Shown here: one piece after another, positions 8,648 through 17,184 of the stretch | How positions within the stretch are numbered: the stretch's first letter is position 1 | How the letters are laid out: each line of letters starts with the position of its first letter | IMG/VR virus record: IMGVR_UViG_2852342079_000003 | Length of the DNA: 33,987 bases | Direction: 5' to 3' (one strand) | From: an uncultured virus (IMG/VR IMGVR_UViG_2852342079_000003) | Lineage: Duplodnaviria > Heunggongvirae > Uroviricota > Caudoviricetes | Program-made: the position numbers and the translations under genes | The notes under the pieces: generated by a model | Told to the model about the DNA's origin: nothing | What the model saw: the letters and a program-made list of their open reading frames with translations, nothing else | Databases searched by the model: none

Positions 8648-8858
8648 ATGAATAGGCTTTTGAAAGCTTATCCGCTCCCTCTCTCAATTGTTCACCTGTT
8701 AAGTTTGGATTGTTCTCAAGCATTAGGGCTTTGAAGTTTTGGTTTTTTATACACTCAATAGTGGTGTTTGCGATCTGCCTTTTTTCTTCAGGAAGCAGAT
8801 GTAGTAGTAACGCAACAATTTGTTGTAGAGCTAAAATTTCAGCAGTTTTGTCGTCCAT
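8601..8858 (-). CDS. Hypothetical leftward moron protein
   Basis: 85 aa, GGAG RBS 8 nt before ATG, 5' hairpin; overlaps the opposite gene by 47 bp. Confidence 0.6.
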   Translation of the reverse strand: MDDKTAEILALQQIVALLLHLLPEEKRQIANTTIECIKNQNFKALMLENNPNLTGEQLREGADKLSKAYSSILKSALVFDKNLDF

Positions 8859-8976
8859 TCCATTCTCCACCGAAGTAAGTCAGCCATTCCTTCGGTTAAT
8901 TACATTGGGCTGATCTATTAGTTTAACTTAAGATTTATTTTCTCACGTTTAACTCACTCACATTAATCATCAACGG

Positions 8977-8994
8977 ACACTCCGTAGGGGGTGT
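8977..8994 (+). promoter_or_regulatory. sdi-like hairpin over the holin ribosome-binding site
   Basis: ACACTCC-GTAG-GGGGTGT stem sequesters the SD just before ATG CGC ATG. Confidence 0.6.
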
Positions 8995-8996
8995 AT

Positions 8997-9266
8997 ATGC
9001 GCATGGAAAAATTAACCAATGTAACTTATGGAACAGCAGGCCTAACGGCCTTTTTTGCCAGTCTCTCTTTATATGAATGGGGATTTGTTATCGGGATGGC
9101 GTTTAGTATGGTTCTGGGATTAGCTACTTATTTTATGACTCGTCGAGAGCAACGAAAACGCACTCAATTATTTGAAGAGCTTGTTCGACATGTTGACCCA
9201 CAAAACCCAACTGAAACCCTAAAAAGGCTTGCTGAATTAATGGTGAAAGCGCCAAAGGATATTTAA
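8997..9266 (+). CDS. Holin (probable pinholin) with Met-Arg-Met dual start
   Basis: Hydrophobic segments then basic tail RREQRKR; TAATG coupling to endolysin; starts at 8997 and 9003. Confidence 0.85.
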   Translation: MRMEKLTNVTYGTAGLTAFFASLSLYEWGFVIGMAFSMVLGLATYFMTRREQRKRTQLFEELVRHVDPQNPTETLKRLAELMVKAPKDI

Positions 9267-9736
9267 TGTCTCTCAAACAGAAAATAGCGGCGGTAACAAC
9301 AGCAGGAGCCACAGCCATCGCGTTAGTAGTAATAGCCCATTTTGAAGGTGTGCGTTATGAGCCTTATCGTGATGTGGCGGGTGTTCTAACAGTTTGTTAT
9401 GGCCACACTGGAAACGACATCATTCAAGGTAAGACATACACACAACAAGAGTGTGACGAGTTACTACAGAAAGACTTTATCAGAACGCAACAGCAAGTTG
9501 ATGTCCTGGTTAAAGTGCCGGTCGATGATAAAACAAAAGCTTCTCTATATTCCTTTGCCTTTAATGTCGGTACCACAGCTTTTGCACGTTCTACATTGCT
9601 TAAAAAATTAAATGCAGGTGATCAGAATGGCGCTTGTGAAGAAATGAAACGCTGGGTTTATGCGGGTGGAAAGGTGTGGCGAGGGTTAGTCAGTCGTAGA
9701 GATGCGGAGTCAGCGCTATGTCATGGAAATCTTTAA
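9266..9736 (+). CDS. SAR endolysin (GH24 lysozyme)
   Basis: Ala/Gly-rich N-terminal anchor, then EG....YRD..GVLTVCYGHT (E-8aa-D-5aa-T triad), FNVG, GLVSRR. Confidence 0.93.
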   Translation: MSLKQKIAAVTTAGATAIALVVIAHFEGVRYEPYRDVAGVLTVCYGHTGNDIIQGKTYTQQECDELLQKDFIRTQQQVDVLVKVPVDDKTKASLYSFAFNVGTTAFARSTLLKKLNAGDQNGACEEMKRWVYAGGKVWRGLVSRRDAESALCHGNL

Positions 9737-9876
9737 TTATCGTTATCAGCTTTATTCTTGTATTACTTATTACAGTCGCTGGGGGCATTTATCTCTCAAT
9801 TGATAATTCATGTATTAACGATAAAGCAAGCTTAGACAAACGCTGTCAGATAGCTCTCTCACATCATCGGTACTAA
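9718..9876 (+). CDS. Unannotated 52-aa bitopic membrane protein inside the lysis cassette
   Basis: MSWKSLIIVISFILVLLITVAGGIYLSIDNSCINDKASLDKRCQIALSHHRY*; GGAG RBS; fills the endolysin-Rz gap. Confidence 0.65.
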   Translation: MSWKSLIIVISFILVLLITVAGGIYLSIDNSCINDKASLDKRCQIALSHHRY

Positions 9877-9878
9877 TT

Positions 9879-10340
9879 ATGAAACACTGGAAACTTTACA
9901 TTGTCGTTGTGATGGTGGGGATTGTTGCTGGTGGTTGTGCGCTGATTAATGCACAAGCGAAAAGAATTAACACACTGACAGAAAACAACAAAGAACTGAC
10001 TACCGCACTCGAAGAGCAGAAGGATATCAATATTGACTATCAAGCACGCATAGAGCGACTAAATCAACTTGATACAAGGCACACACAGGAGCTTGTTAAT
10101 GCAAAGAATGAAATTAGTCGCTTGCGTGATATTAGTGAGCGTAATCCTGAACGGGTGTACATCCGAGCCAGTTGTCCGAAAGACGAAACCAATTCAACCT
10201 CCGGCATGGATGATGCAACCACCGCCAGACCTACTGACTCCGCTGTCAGAAATTATTGGCTACTCAGAGAGCGAATTGCAGAGTCAGAACAGATGATTAA
10301 AGGGTTGCAGGATTATATCAAACAAGAATGCATGGAATAA
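9879..10340 (+). CDS. Rz-like inner-membrane spanin
   Basis: N-terminal TM, coiled coil, LDTRHTQEL..AK, RVYIRASC, LQDYIKQEC. Confidence 0.9.
   Translation: MKHWKLYIVVVMVGIVAGGCALINAQAKRINTLTENNKELTTALEEQKDINIDYQARIERLNQLDTRHTQELVNAKNEISRLRDISERNPERVYIRASCPKDETNSTSGMDDATTARPTDSAVRNYWLLRERIAESEQMIKGLQDYIKQECME
10099..10296 (+). CDS. Rz1-like outer-membrane lipoprotein spanin, embedded in Rz
   Basis: AGGAG RBS, lipobox LNGC, PPAWMMQPPPDLLTPL. Confidence 0.88.
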   Translation: MQRMKLVACVILVSVILNGCTSEPVVRKTKPIQPPAWMMQPPPDLLTPLSEIIGYSESELQSQNR

Positions 10341-10403
10341 AAAAAGCCCAGCATGGGAGGCTGGGCAATACTAACAAGATATCAATTAAAGTGTAGCGAT
10401 AAC
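10339..10403 (-). ncRNA. Candidate ~65-nt leftward sRNA 1
   Basis: Minus-strand CTATACT -10 (10415-10409); terminator GCCCAGC stem (10346-10366) plus U7; no ORF. Confidence 0.5.
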
Positions 10404-10483
10404 TACTTAGTATAGCTTAAATAGGTATATATACCAGATTGATTATTCCTATTTATCTCCCACTTAAATAAACAGCACAATAT

Positions 10484-10544
10484 AAAAATAACCCTGTGAG
10501 TTTGATTTCACAGGGTGGCTGAATTTAAGCAAAAAATAAATACT
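10484..10544 (-). ncRNA. Candidate ~60-nt leftward sRNA 2
   Basis: Minus-strand TTGGCA-17-TATGAT (10578-10550); perfect 9-bp stem ACCCTGTGA/TCACAGGGT plus U-rich tail; no ORF. Confidence 0.55.
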
Positions 10545-10802
10545 CATTAATCATACTGCTATTTTTATTTCGTGCCAATAGAAGAAGGCGTAGCGTTGTT
10601 GCTGTCTCCTATGTTAGCTATGACCTGTTTTATTCTCGACAGAGAGCACATAGTGAGAACCAAAAACAACGAATACCACCGTTTTGTTATTTTCGGTCAT
10701 TATCAGCAACGTCAGCTGTAGGTAGAAGGAGGGGCGTGACGATGGAGAGACATAAACCTATTTAATTCTACAAACGTCATTTATTTAGTGACGTATATGG
10801 AT

Positions 10803-10833
10803 AGCCATCAGTTAACCGCTGGTGGCTTTTTTT
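10803..10833 (+). terminator. Intrinsic terminator
   Basis: AGCCATCAG-TTAACCG-CTGGTGGCT plus T run. Confidence 0.75.
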
Positions 10834-10872
10834 ATACGCATTTCATCGCTCATTCACAGAGCAATTCAAAAA

Positions 10873-10973
10873 CGTCGAATCCAATCACTTTGATATGAGC
10901 CTTCGAGAAAGTCAGTTATAGCTGGCGAGCTTCGACGGGCTGATTTTCTATGTGAACGAGGGTTCATTTCAAA
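10873..10973 (+). promoter_or_regulatory. Candidate structured RNA leader of the Bro-N gene
   Basis: 17-nt outer stem 10889-10905/10957-10973, inner AGAAAGTCAG/CTGATTTTCT stem; ends 3 nt before the SD. Confidence 0.55.
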
Positions 10974-10988
10974 TGAAGGTAATACGCT

Positions 10989-11573
10989 ATGAATAAATCC
11001 TTAGTTTTTAAAGGTAACAAAATCACCCCATTTGATAAGGGTGATGGAAAAATCTGGTTTACCAACAAGCAACTTTCAGAATTGCTTGGATACAAAGATG
11101 AGTCATCAGTAACTCGTATCTTTAATCGAAATAAAGATGAGTTTACCGATGGCATGTCTCAGACGGTCAATTTGACCGTTAGTAGTAAAAACAATGAGAT
11201 ACAAAATAAAAGAGTGCGGATATTTTCGGTTAGAGGTGCTCATTTAGTCGGTATTCTCTCTAAAACTGATATTGCTAAAGCACTTCGACGCTGGCTACTA
11301 GACTTGGCAGAGAAGGAGTCAAAACCTCAAGCAGAGCTAGCAAATCTTGATATGGATGAGCTCAAAAGCCTTACCATTAACGAAATGCAAAATAGATTAG
11401 TAGCAGCGGATAATTGGTCTTTTGAAAATTTTGGTAAGAAAGGTAGTGACCTGATGAATTTGCGCAAGCGTCATTTGAAGAAAATACGTAAAGCAAAGAA
11501 AGCCATTATTGATTTATCACAACTTACTTTACCTGATATGGGTGATTTTCCAGATGGAGGAGAACCCGCATGA
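10989..11573 (+). CDS. Bro-N domain antirepressor-like protein
   Basis: IWFT..QL..LLGY....V.RIFNRNKDEF...VRIFSVRGAHL....KT..AK..RRWLLD. Confidence 0.82.
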   Translation: MNKSLVFKGNKITPFDKGDGKIWFTNKQLSELLGYKDESSVTRIFNRNKDEFTDGMSQTVNLTVSSKNNEIQNKRVRIFSVRGAHLVGILSKTDIAKALRRWLLDLAEKESKPQAELANLDMDELKSLTINEMQNRLVAADNWSFENFGKKGSDLMNLRKRHLKKIRKAKKAIIDLSQLTLPDMGDFPDGGEPA

Positions 11574-11779
11574 ACCACGAACAATTCATAGAAAAGAACA
11601 TACAGGCCGAGTTAAAGAAGCTCGGCTTTTCTTTATCTGTCACCCAGAGAGCAAGCTACATGGCAGTAGATCATTATCGCCGAATCGCTCAAGCGAGTAA
11701 GAAAGGGCGAATGTTTGACGATTGCTTGCATATCGCCAAAGTATGGGCGAGTAAATTTGCTAAAGAGAAAACAAAATAG
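11570..11779 (+). CDS. Hypothetical phage protein
   Basis: ATGA coupling, GGAG RBS, 69 aa. Confidence 0.7.
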   Translation: MNHEQFIEKNIQAELKKLGFSLSVTQRASYMAVDHYRRIAQASKKGRMFDDCLHIAKVWASKFAKEKTK

Positions 11780-11810
11780 ATCCTAGTGGTCTTTTTTATT
11801 GGAGAACATT

Positions 11811-12119
11811 ATGTCAGATAAACAGATTAACTATGAAGCCATAGGACGTTGTAAGGTCTTGCGTGACAAAATCAAAGTACAGCATCTTGAAAGATCTAAG
11901 GCTATAAATGAACTGCGAGCAGTAATCTATTCTCTTCACCAGAAAGGGAATATCAATCATGTCCCGCCAGAAATCGTTGTTTTTGATACTGAGAGCTTAA
12001 CTTTTTTAGTTGATAAAATTGGACGGACGGATAGTGATCTCATGCGTGCTGTCAGTGAATATAATAATTGGTGTCATGAGGCTGGTGAGAAACCAGTTAA
12101 ACTGATTGAGGTAGCATGA
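11811..12119 (+). CDS. Hypothetical phage protein
   Basis: GGAG RBS; NYEAIGRC...YNNWCHEAGEKP. Confidence 0.7.
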   Translation: MSDKQINYEAIGRCKVLRDKIKVQHLERSKAINELRAVIYSLHQKGNINHVPPEIVVFDTESLTFLVDKIGRTDSDLMRAVSEYNNWCHEAGEKPVKLIEVA

Positions 12120-12151
12120 GCAGTAAAAGAGAATAATAAACAGAATAAACC

Positions 12152-12490
12152 ATGAAAAAACGCAATATCTATGGTGGTCGATGGGCTAAAGTGCGATTAG
12201 CGTTTCTTAATGAACATCCGCTCTGTGTCATGTGCCAAGAACAAGGGCGCATTACTGCTGCCACAGTAGTTGACCACATTATTCCGCATCGTCTTAAAGA
12301 AGCACTTGAATCAGGTGATAAAGAACGTATCGCAAAAGCTCAAGCCTTATTCTGGGACACAAAGAACTTCCAAAGCTTATGCGAATTGCATCATAACTCA
12401 ACCAAACAACGTATCGAAAAGAGTGGCAAAGTCATTGGCTGTAATGCGGATGGCATTCCACTCGATCCCAATTCTCATTGGAATAAATAA
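12152..12490 (+). CDS. HNH endonuclease (terminase-associated)
   Basis: HPLCVMC...ATVVDHIIPH...NFQSLCELHHNS; upstream of terminase. Confidence 0.92.
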   Translation: MKKRNIYGGRWAKVRLAFLNEHPLCVMCQEQGRITAATVVDHIIPHRLKEALESGDKERIAKAQALFWDTKNFQSLCELHHNSTKQRIEKSGKVIGCNADGIPLDPNSHWNK

Positions 12491-12492
12491 CG

Positions 12493-12705
12493 ATGTGTAA
12501 TCAAAAACAAGTGAAGTTATCCAAGCTATTTCGTGGCGGTCGCTTCGTTGGTCATGCATTAAGTGTTGATGGTGAGTTGTTAAGTAATCAAAAGTTAGTT
12601 GTTCTTCCACCCGCTGATGGATTATGTAAACAAGTTGATATCACAGTCACACTGACATGCACTAATGACATGATCATGAATGCACCCGATATCCATTTGA
12701 AATAA
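12493..12705 (+). CDS. Hypothetical phage protein
   Basis: 70-aa ORF between HNH and the cos region. Confidence 0.6.
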   Translation: MCNQKQVKLSKLFRGGRFVGHALSVDGELLSNQKLVVLPPADGLCKQVDITVTLTCTNDMIMNAPDIHLK

Positions 12706-12725
12706 TTCCAAATTGAAATAACAAC

Positions 12726-12812
12726 GGGTGGGGGCGGGGTAAAAGTTCAAACACTTTCGCCCTGATTACCTAGCGCCCTCATTTGTGCGCACAACCGCGA
12801 AATGAAAAGTTT
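12726..12812 (+). other. Probable cos packaging site region
   Basis: G-rich GGGTGGGGCGGGGTAAAAG...CGCGAAATGAAA block between HNH and terS, the usual cos position in HK97/P27-type phages; cut site not determined. Confidence 0.55.
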
Positions 12813-12829
12813 TTTTCTGGGAGGTTCCG

Positions 12830-13297
12830 ATGGCAGGAAGACGCCCGAAACCGACCCACTTGAAGGTGGTCACCGGTAATCCGGGAAAACGAAAACTCAA
12901 CGATAAAGAACCCCAACCTAAACGTGAAATTCCAAGCCCGCCCGAACATTTAACGGATTGGGGGAAAATGGCGTGGGCAAAATTAACCTTATTACTCGAT
13001 GGAATGGGTGTTTTAACCGTGGCTGACACGCTGGCATTAGAACGGCTGTGTGATATCTACGCCGATATTCTTCAATTGCGAGACACCATTGCCATTGAGG
13101 GGCGGACATACACCACAAAAACGCAATCAGGGGATTTTTTAATTAAAGCGAATCCTGCTGTTGCCATGTTGGCCGATGCAGATCGCCGTTTTAAAAGTTA
13201 TTTAGTCGAGTTTGGTTTAACCCCTGCCGCTCGCTCGAAGGTGAATATGGATGGTGGAGAAGAAGAGGAAGATCCGCTCAACCAATATTTCGGTTGA
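12830..13297 (+). CDS. Terminase small subunit, P27 family
   Basis: MAGRRPKPTHLK..GNPGKR, NPAV, EFGLTPAARSK. Confidence 0.93.
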   Translation: MAGRRPKPTHLKVVTGNPGKRKLNDKEPQPKREIPSPPEHLTDWGKMAWAKLTLLLDGMGVLTVADTLALERLCDIYADILQLRDTIAIEGRTYTTKTQSGDFLIKANPAVAMLADADRRFKSYLVEFGLTPAARSKVNMDGGEEEEDPLNQYFG

Positions 13298-14993
13298 TCC
13301 CGCAACACAATACGCGCAAGACGTGCATCAAGGCAAAATCTTAGCGGGGCCTGATATTCGTCATGCATGTGCACGTCATCTCAAAGATTTAAACGAAGCC
13401 GAGCAACGAGGATTAGTCTGGGATGTCGAGGCTGTCAAAAGGGTGATCGATTTTTTCTCGAAAGTCTTAAAGCTCAATGGCGGGGAACATGAAGGCAAAC
13501 CGTTTATTTTATTGCCTTGGCAATGCTTTGTGATTGGCTCCATTTTTGGCTGGAAAATGACTGATGGTACACGGCGATTTCGCATTGTGTACGTTGAATC
13601 AGGTAAAGGTTCAGGAAAATCACCGATGGCGGGTGGCGTTGGGTTGTATTGTTTAGTCGCCGACAGTGAACCGCGTGCTGAAGTGTATGCGGCAGCCACG
13701 AAAAAAGACCAAGCCATGGTTTTGTTTCGTGATGCGGTGGCAATGGTTGATCAATCTCCCGCATTAAGTCAGCGGATCACCAAATCAGGCGGAACAGGCA
13801 AAGAGTGGAACTTGGCTTATTTGAAAACGAGTTCATTCTTTCGCCCGATTAGTTCGGATGATGGGCAATCAGGGCCTCGTCCCCATTGTGCGTTGATTGA
13901 TGAAATTCATGAGCACAAAAATAATACCGCCGTCGAGATGATGCGAGCGGGTACAAAAGGTCGGCGGCAAGCCTTGATATTTATGATCACCAACAGTGGC
14001 CATGATAAAACCAGTGTGTGTTATGACTATCATGAATACGGACGAAAAGTCGCCGAAGGAACTATCGAAGACGACAGTTTCTTTTCCTATATTTGCTCAC
14101 TGGATGAAGGCGATGATCCCTTTAAGGATGAGTCTTGCTGGGGGAAAGCCAATCCATCACTGGGCTACACCTTTTCTGATCGCTATTTGCGCGAGCAAGT
14201 GACACAAGCTCGAGGTATGCCCGCGAAAGAAAGCATTGTGCGTCGGCTTAATTTTTGTCAGTGGGTGGATGCCGATAATCCGTGGATTAACAGTGAAACA
14301 TGGATGCAGTGTGAAAACACGTTCACATTCGATGACCTTCAAGGTGAAGAGTGTTATGGCGGACTGGACTTATCGGGAACCAAAGATTTAACCGCATTAG
14401 CCTTGTATTTTCCTAGTCTCAAACGTCTTTATGTCGAATTTTGGACACCCAAAGACACTTTATTGGATAGAGCGAAAACCGACCGAGTGCCTTACGACTT
14501 ATGGGTAAGGCAAGGTTTTATGCATACCACGCCAGGGAATGCGGTGAGATATGAATTTGTGGCAGAACGTATCGCCGAGATGGCAATGCGCGTCAACATG
14601 AGAGCCATTGCCTTTGACCCTTATCGCATTAAATACCTTGTACCCAAACTTGATGAGGTGGGGGTGACGGTTCCCTTAATCCAACATGGCCAAGGGTTTT
14701 ACAAAGCCAAAGACTCAGGGCTATGGATGCCGCACTCTATCGAACTGTTTGAACAACTCATTGATGACAAGAAGATTGAGATCCACGCTAATCCTTGTTT
14801 GAGATGGAATGCCGCATCCGCTGTGCTTGAGGCTGACCAAAAAGATAACCGTGTCTTTGCTAAGAAAAAAAGCACCGGTCGAATTGATGGAGTGGTGGCC
14901 TCTGCAATGGCGATTGGTGCTGCGGAAGGGGAATTCGAGGATGAAGGGGATATTGATGGTTTCTTTGATAACCCAATTATTGTGGGGATCTAA
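13251..14993 (+). CDS. Terminase large subunit
   Basis: Walker A GKGSGKS, Walker B LIDEIHEH, GGLDLS, RIDGVVA; exact start uncertain. Confidence 0.95.
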   Translation: MVEKKRKIRSTNISVDPATQYAQDVHQGKILAGPDIRHACARHLKDLNEAEQRGLVWDVEAVKRVIDFFSKVLKLNGGEHEGKPFILLPWQCFVIGSIFGWKMTDGTRRFRIVYVESGKGSGKSPMAGGVGLYCLVADSEPRAEVYAAATKKDQAMVLFRDAVAMVDQSPALSQRITKSGGTGKEWNLAYLKTSSFFRPISSDDGQSGPRPHCALIDEIHEHKNNTAVEMMRAGTKGRRQALIFMITNSGHDKTSVCYDYHEYGRKVAEGTIEDDSFFSYICSLDEGDDPFKDESCWGKANPSLGYTFSDRYLREQVTQARGMPAKESIVRRLNFCQWVDADNPWINSETWMQCENTFTFDDLQGEECYGGLDLSGTKDLTALALYFPSLKRLYVEFWTPKDTLLDRAKTDRVPYDLWVRQGFMHTTPGNAVRYEFVAERIAEMAMRVNMRAIAFDPYRIKYLVPKLDEVGVTVPLIQHGQGFYKAKDSGLWMPHSIELFEQLIDDKKIEIHANPCLRWNAASAVLEADQKDNRVFAKKKSTGRIDGVVASAMAIGAAEGEFEDEGDIDGFFDNPIIVGI

Positions 14994-16325
14994 ATGCGTA
15001 ACGTGAAAAAAAAGAGCCGAATAAAATCGGCGATCCTCAATTGGATGGGGATACCCATTAGTTTAACTGATGGCGCCTTTTGGGAAGAATGGATTGGAAA
15101 GAGTAGCAGTGGCAAGGTGGTCACCGCAGATAATGCATTACAGCTGTCTGCGGTATGGTCTTGCGTTCGGTTACTCAGTGAATCTATTTCGACATTGCCA
15201 TTGAAAATCTATCAAACGAAGGCGGATGGCTCGCGCGAACTGGCGAAACATCATCCCGCTTACACCGTATTATGCCGAAAACCCAATGCAGAAATGACAC
15301 CTTCTCGCTTTATGTTGATGGTTGTTGCCAGCTTATGTTTAAGAGGAAATGCGTTTATTGAAAAATGTTATATCGGGAAAAAGTTGGTTTCACTTCAACC
15401 GTTATTACCTCAAAACATGACGGTAAAACGATTGGAAAATGGGCAGTTAGCATATACCTATACCACGCCTAAATCGAATAAACGGGTTATTCCCGTTAAA
15501 AATATGATGCATATTCGAGGGTTTGGTATGGACGGTGTGTGCGGAATGATACCGATCCAGATTGGGCGTGATGTGATTGGTACCGCGTTATCGACGGATG
15601 AAGCGGCCGGAAAAGTGTTTGAAAATGGGTTACAAACCAGTGGATTATTAACGTCAAAGAATGCCTTGAAAGCCGATCAACGAGAACGCCTAAGAAAGCA
15701 TTTAATGACGTTTACCGGCTCAAAAAATGCTGGAAAGGTGATGATCCTCGAAGCGGATTTGTCTTATCAAAATGTCACCATGAACCCTGAAACTGCGCAA
15801 TTATTACAAAGTCGTGGATTTAGCATTGAGGAAATTTGCCGTTGGTTTCGCGTTCCGCCTTTTATGGTGGGGCATGCCGATAAGCAAAGTAGTTGGGCAT
15901 CCAGTGTGGAAGGGATGAATATGCAGTTTTTGACTAATACACTACGTCCCTTATTGGTCAATATTGAGCAAGAAATTAATCGTTGTTTACTCGACAGTGA
16001 TGAAGATTATTATGCGGAATTTTCTGTTGAGGGCTTATTACGTGCAGACAGTGCAGGACGTTCAGCTTATTACACAACAGCGTTACAAAATGGCTGGATG
16101 AGCCGAAATGATGTTCGACGGTTAGAGAATTTACCGCCTATTGAAGGGGGCGATATTTATACGGTTCAGCTTAATTTAACGCCACTGGATCAGCTCGGAA
16201 AAGACATCACGAACAATGAAGCTGAAAAGCTCAAAGCACAGATCACTAACTGGTTATTTCCTGAAGGTGAACCTGTAACCCCATCTCAATCCAATCCACC
16301 TCGTCCTGAGGAGTCATCGTTATGA
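14994..16325 (+). CDS. Portal protein, HK97 family
   Basis: SAVWSCVRLLSESISTLPL, EEICRWFRVPP, NDVRRLENLPP. Confidence 0.95.
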   Translation: MRNVKKKSRIKSAILNWMGIPISLTDGAFWEEWIGKSSSGKVVTADNALQLSAVWSCVRLLSESISTLPLKIYQTKADGSRELAKHHPAYTVLCRKPNAEMTPSRFMLMVVASLCLRGNAFIEKCYIGKKLVSLQPLLPQNMTVKRLENGQLAYTYTTPKSNKRVIPVKNMMHIRGFGMDGVCGMIPIQIGRDVIGTALSTDEAAGKVFENGLQTSGLLTSKNALKADQRERLRKHLMTFTGSKNAGKVMILEADLSYQNVTMNPETAQLLQSRGFSIEEICRWFRVPPFMVGHADKQSSWASSVEGMNMQFLTNTLRPLLVNIEQEINRCLLDSDEDYYAEFSVEGLLRADSAGRSAYYTTALQNGWMSRNDVRRLENLPPIEGGDIYTVQLNLTPLDQLGKDITNNEAEKLKAQITNWLFPEGEPVTPSQSNPPRPEESSL

Positions 16326-17173
16326 AAAAAAATCAGTTGCCAGTCGCGCTGGAGGATCGCCCCTGCGCATCGATTCGCTATGAGCTGAAACTCAAAGCAC
16401 TGGATAAATGGAATAGCCGTATTCGGGCATCTAGTGCGGATAACTCGATTTCGATATTGGACGTCGTTGGAGAAGATTATTGGGGGGAAGGTGTCACCGC
16501 TAAACGGATTTCCGCCGCGCTTCGTGCCATTGGTGAGCAAGATATTGTCGTTAACCTCAATAGTCCAGGGGGCGATATGTTTGAAGGGTTGGCCATTTAT
16601 AACTTGCTTCGTGCTCACAGTGGCAAGGTAACGGTCAATATTTTGGGCATTGCCGCTTCCGCTGCGTCCATTATTGCGATGGCAGGGGATGAAATAAAAA
16701 TGGGGCGCGGTGCCTTTTTAATGATCCATAACTGTTGGGCAATGGGGGTAGGAAATCGTCACGACTTTGCAAAACTTGCTCATGATCTCGCCCCTTTTGA
16801 TGCCTCGATGACCGATATCTATGTGGCACGAAGTGGGCAATCGAGTGACGTGGTGAGTCAGATGATGGACAACGAAACGTATATCAGTGCGAGTGAAGCG
16901 ATAGAAAAGGGATTTGCGGACAGCCTACTTTCTGCCGATGTGATTGACGAAGGTGATGAAAGTCCCCAAGCCGCGATCCGAAAACTGGATGCGCTACTTG
17001 CCAAAACCAACACACCTCGTGCTGAACGACGAAAACTAATTAGTGCATTAACCCGAAGTATGCCGAGAGCTACTTCCCAATCTAATGGTATGCCAAGCGC
17101 TACCTGCGATATTAATCCTGAAATCCTGTCAAAATTGGAGGAGGCGGTGACCGCCTTTGCCTGCGTTAAGTAA
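16322..17173 (+). CDS. ClpP-like head maturation protease
   Basis: NSPGGDMFEG, GIAASAAS, LMIHN. Confidence 0.93.
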   Translation: MKKNQLPVALEDRPCASIRYELKLKALDKWNSRIRASSADNSISILDVVGEDYWGEGVTAKRISAALRAIGEQDIVVNLNSPGGDMFEGLAIYNLLRAHSGKVTVNILGIAASAASIIAMAGDEIKMGRGAFLMIHNCWAMGVGNRHDFAKLAHDLAPFDASMTDIYVARSGQSSDVVSQMMDNETYISASEAIEKGFADSLLSADVIDEGDESPQAAIRKLDALLAKTNTPRAERRKLISALTRSMPRATSQSNGMPSATCDINPEILSKLEEAVTAFACVK

Positions 17174-17184
17174 TTGGAGTGACT

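Noticed and set aside
12152..12490. HNH as a homing endonuclease or defence nuclease
   Set aside because: Size and position before cos/terS match the standard terminase-accessory HNH
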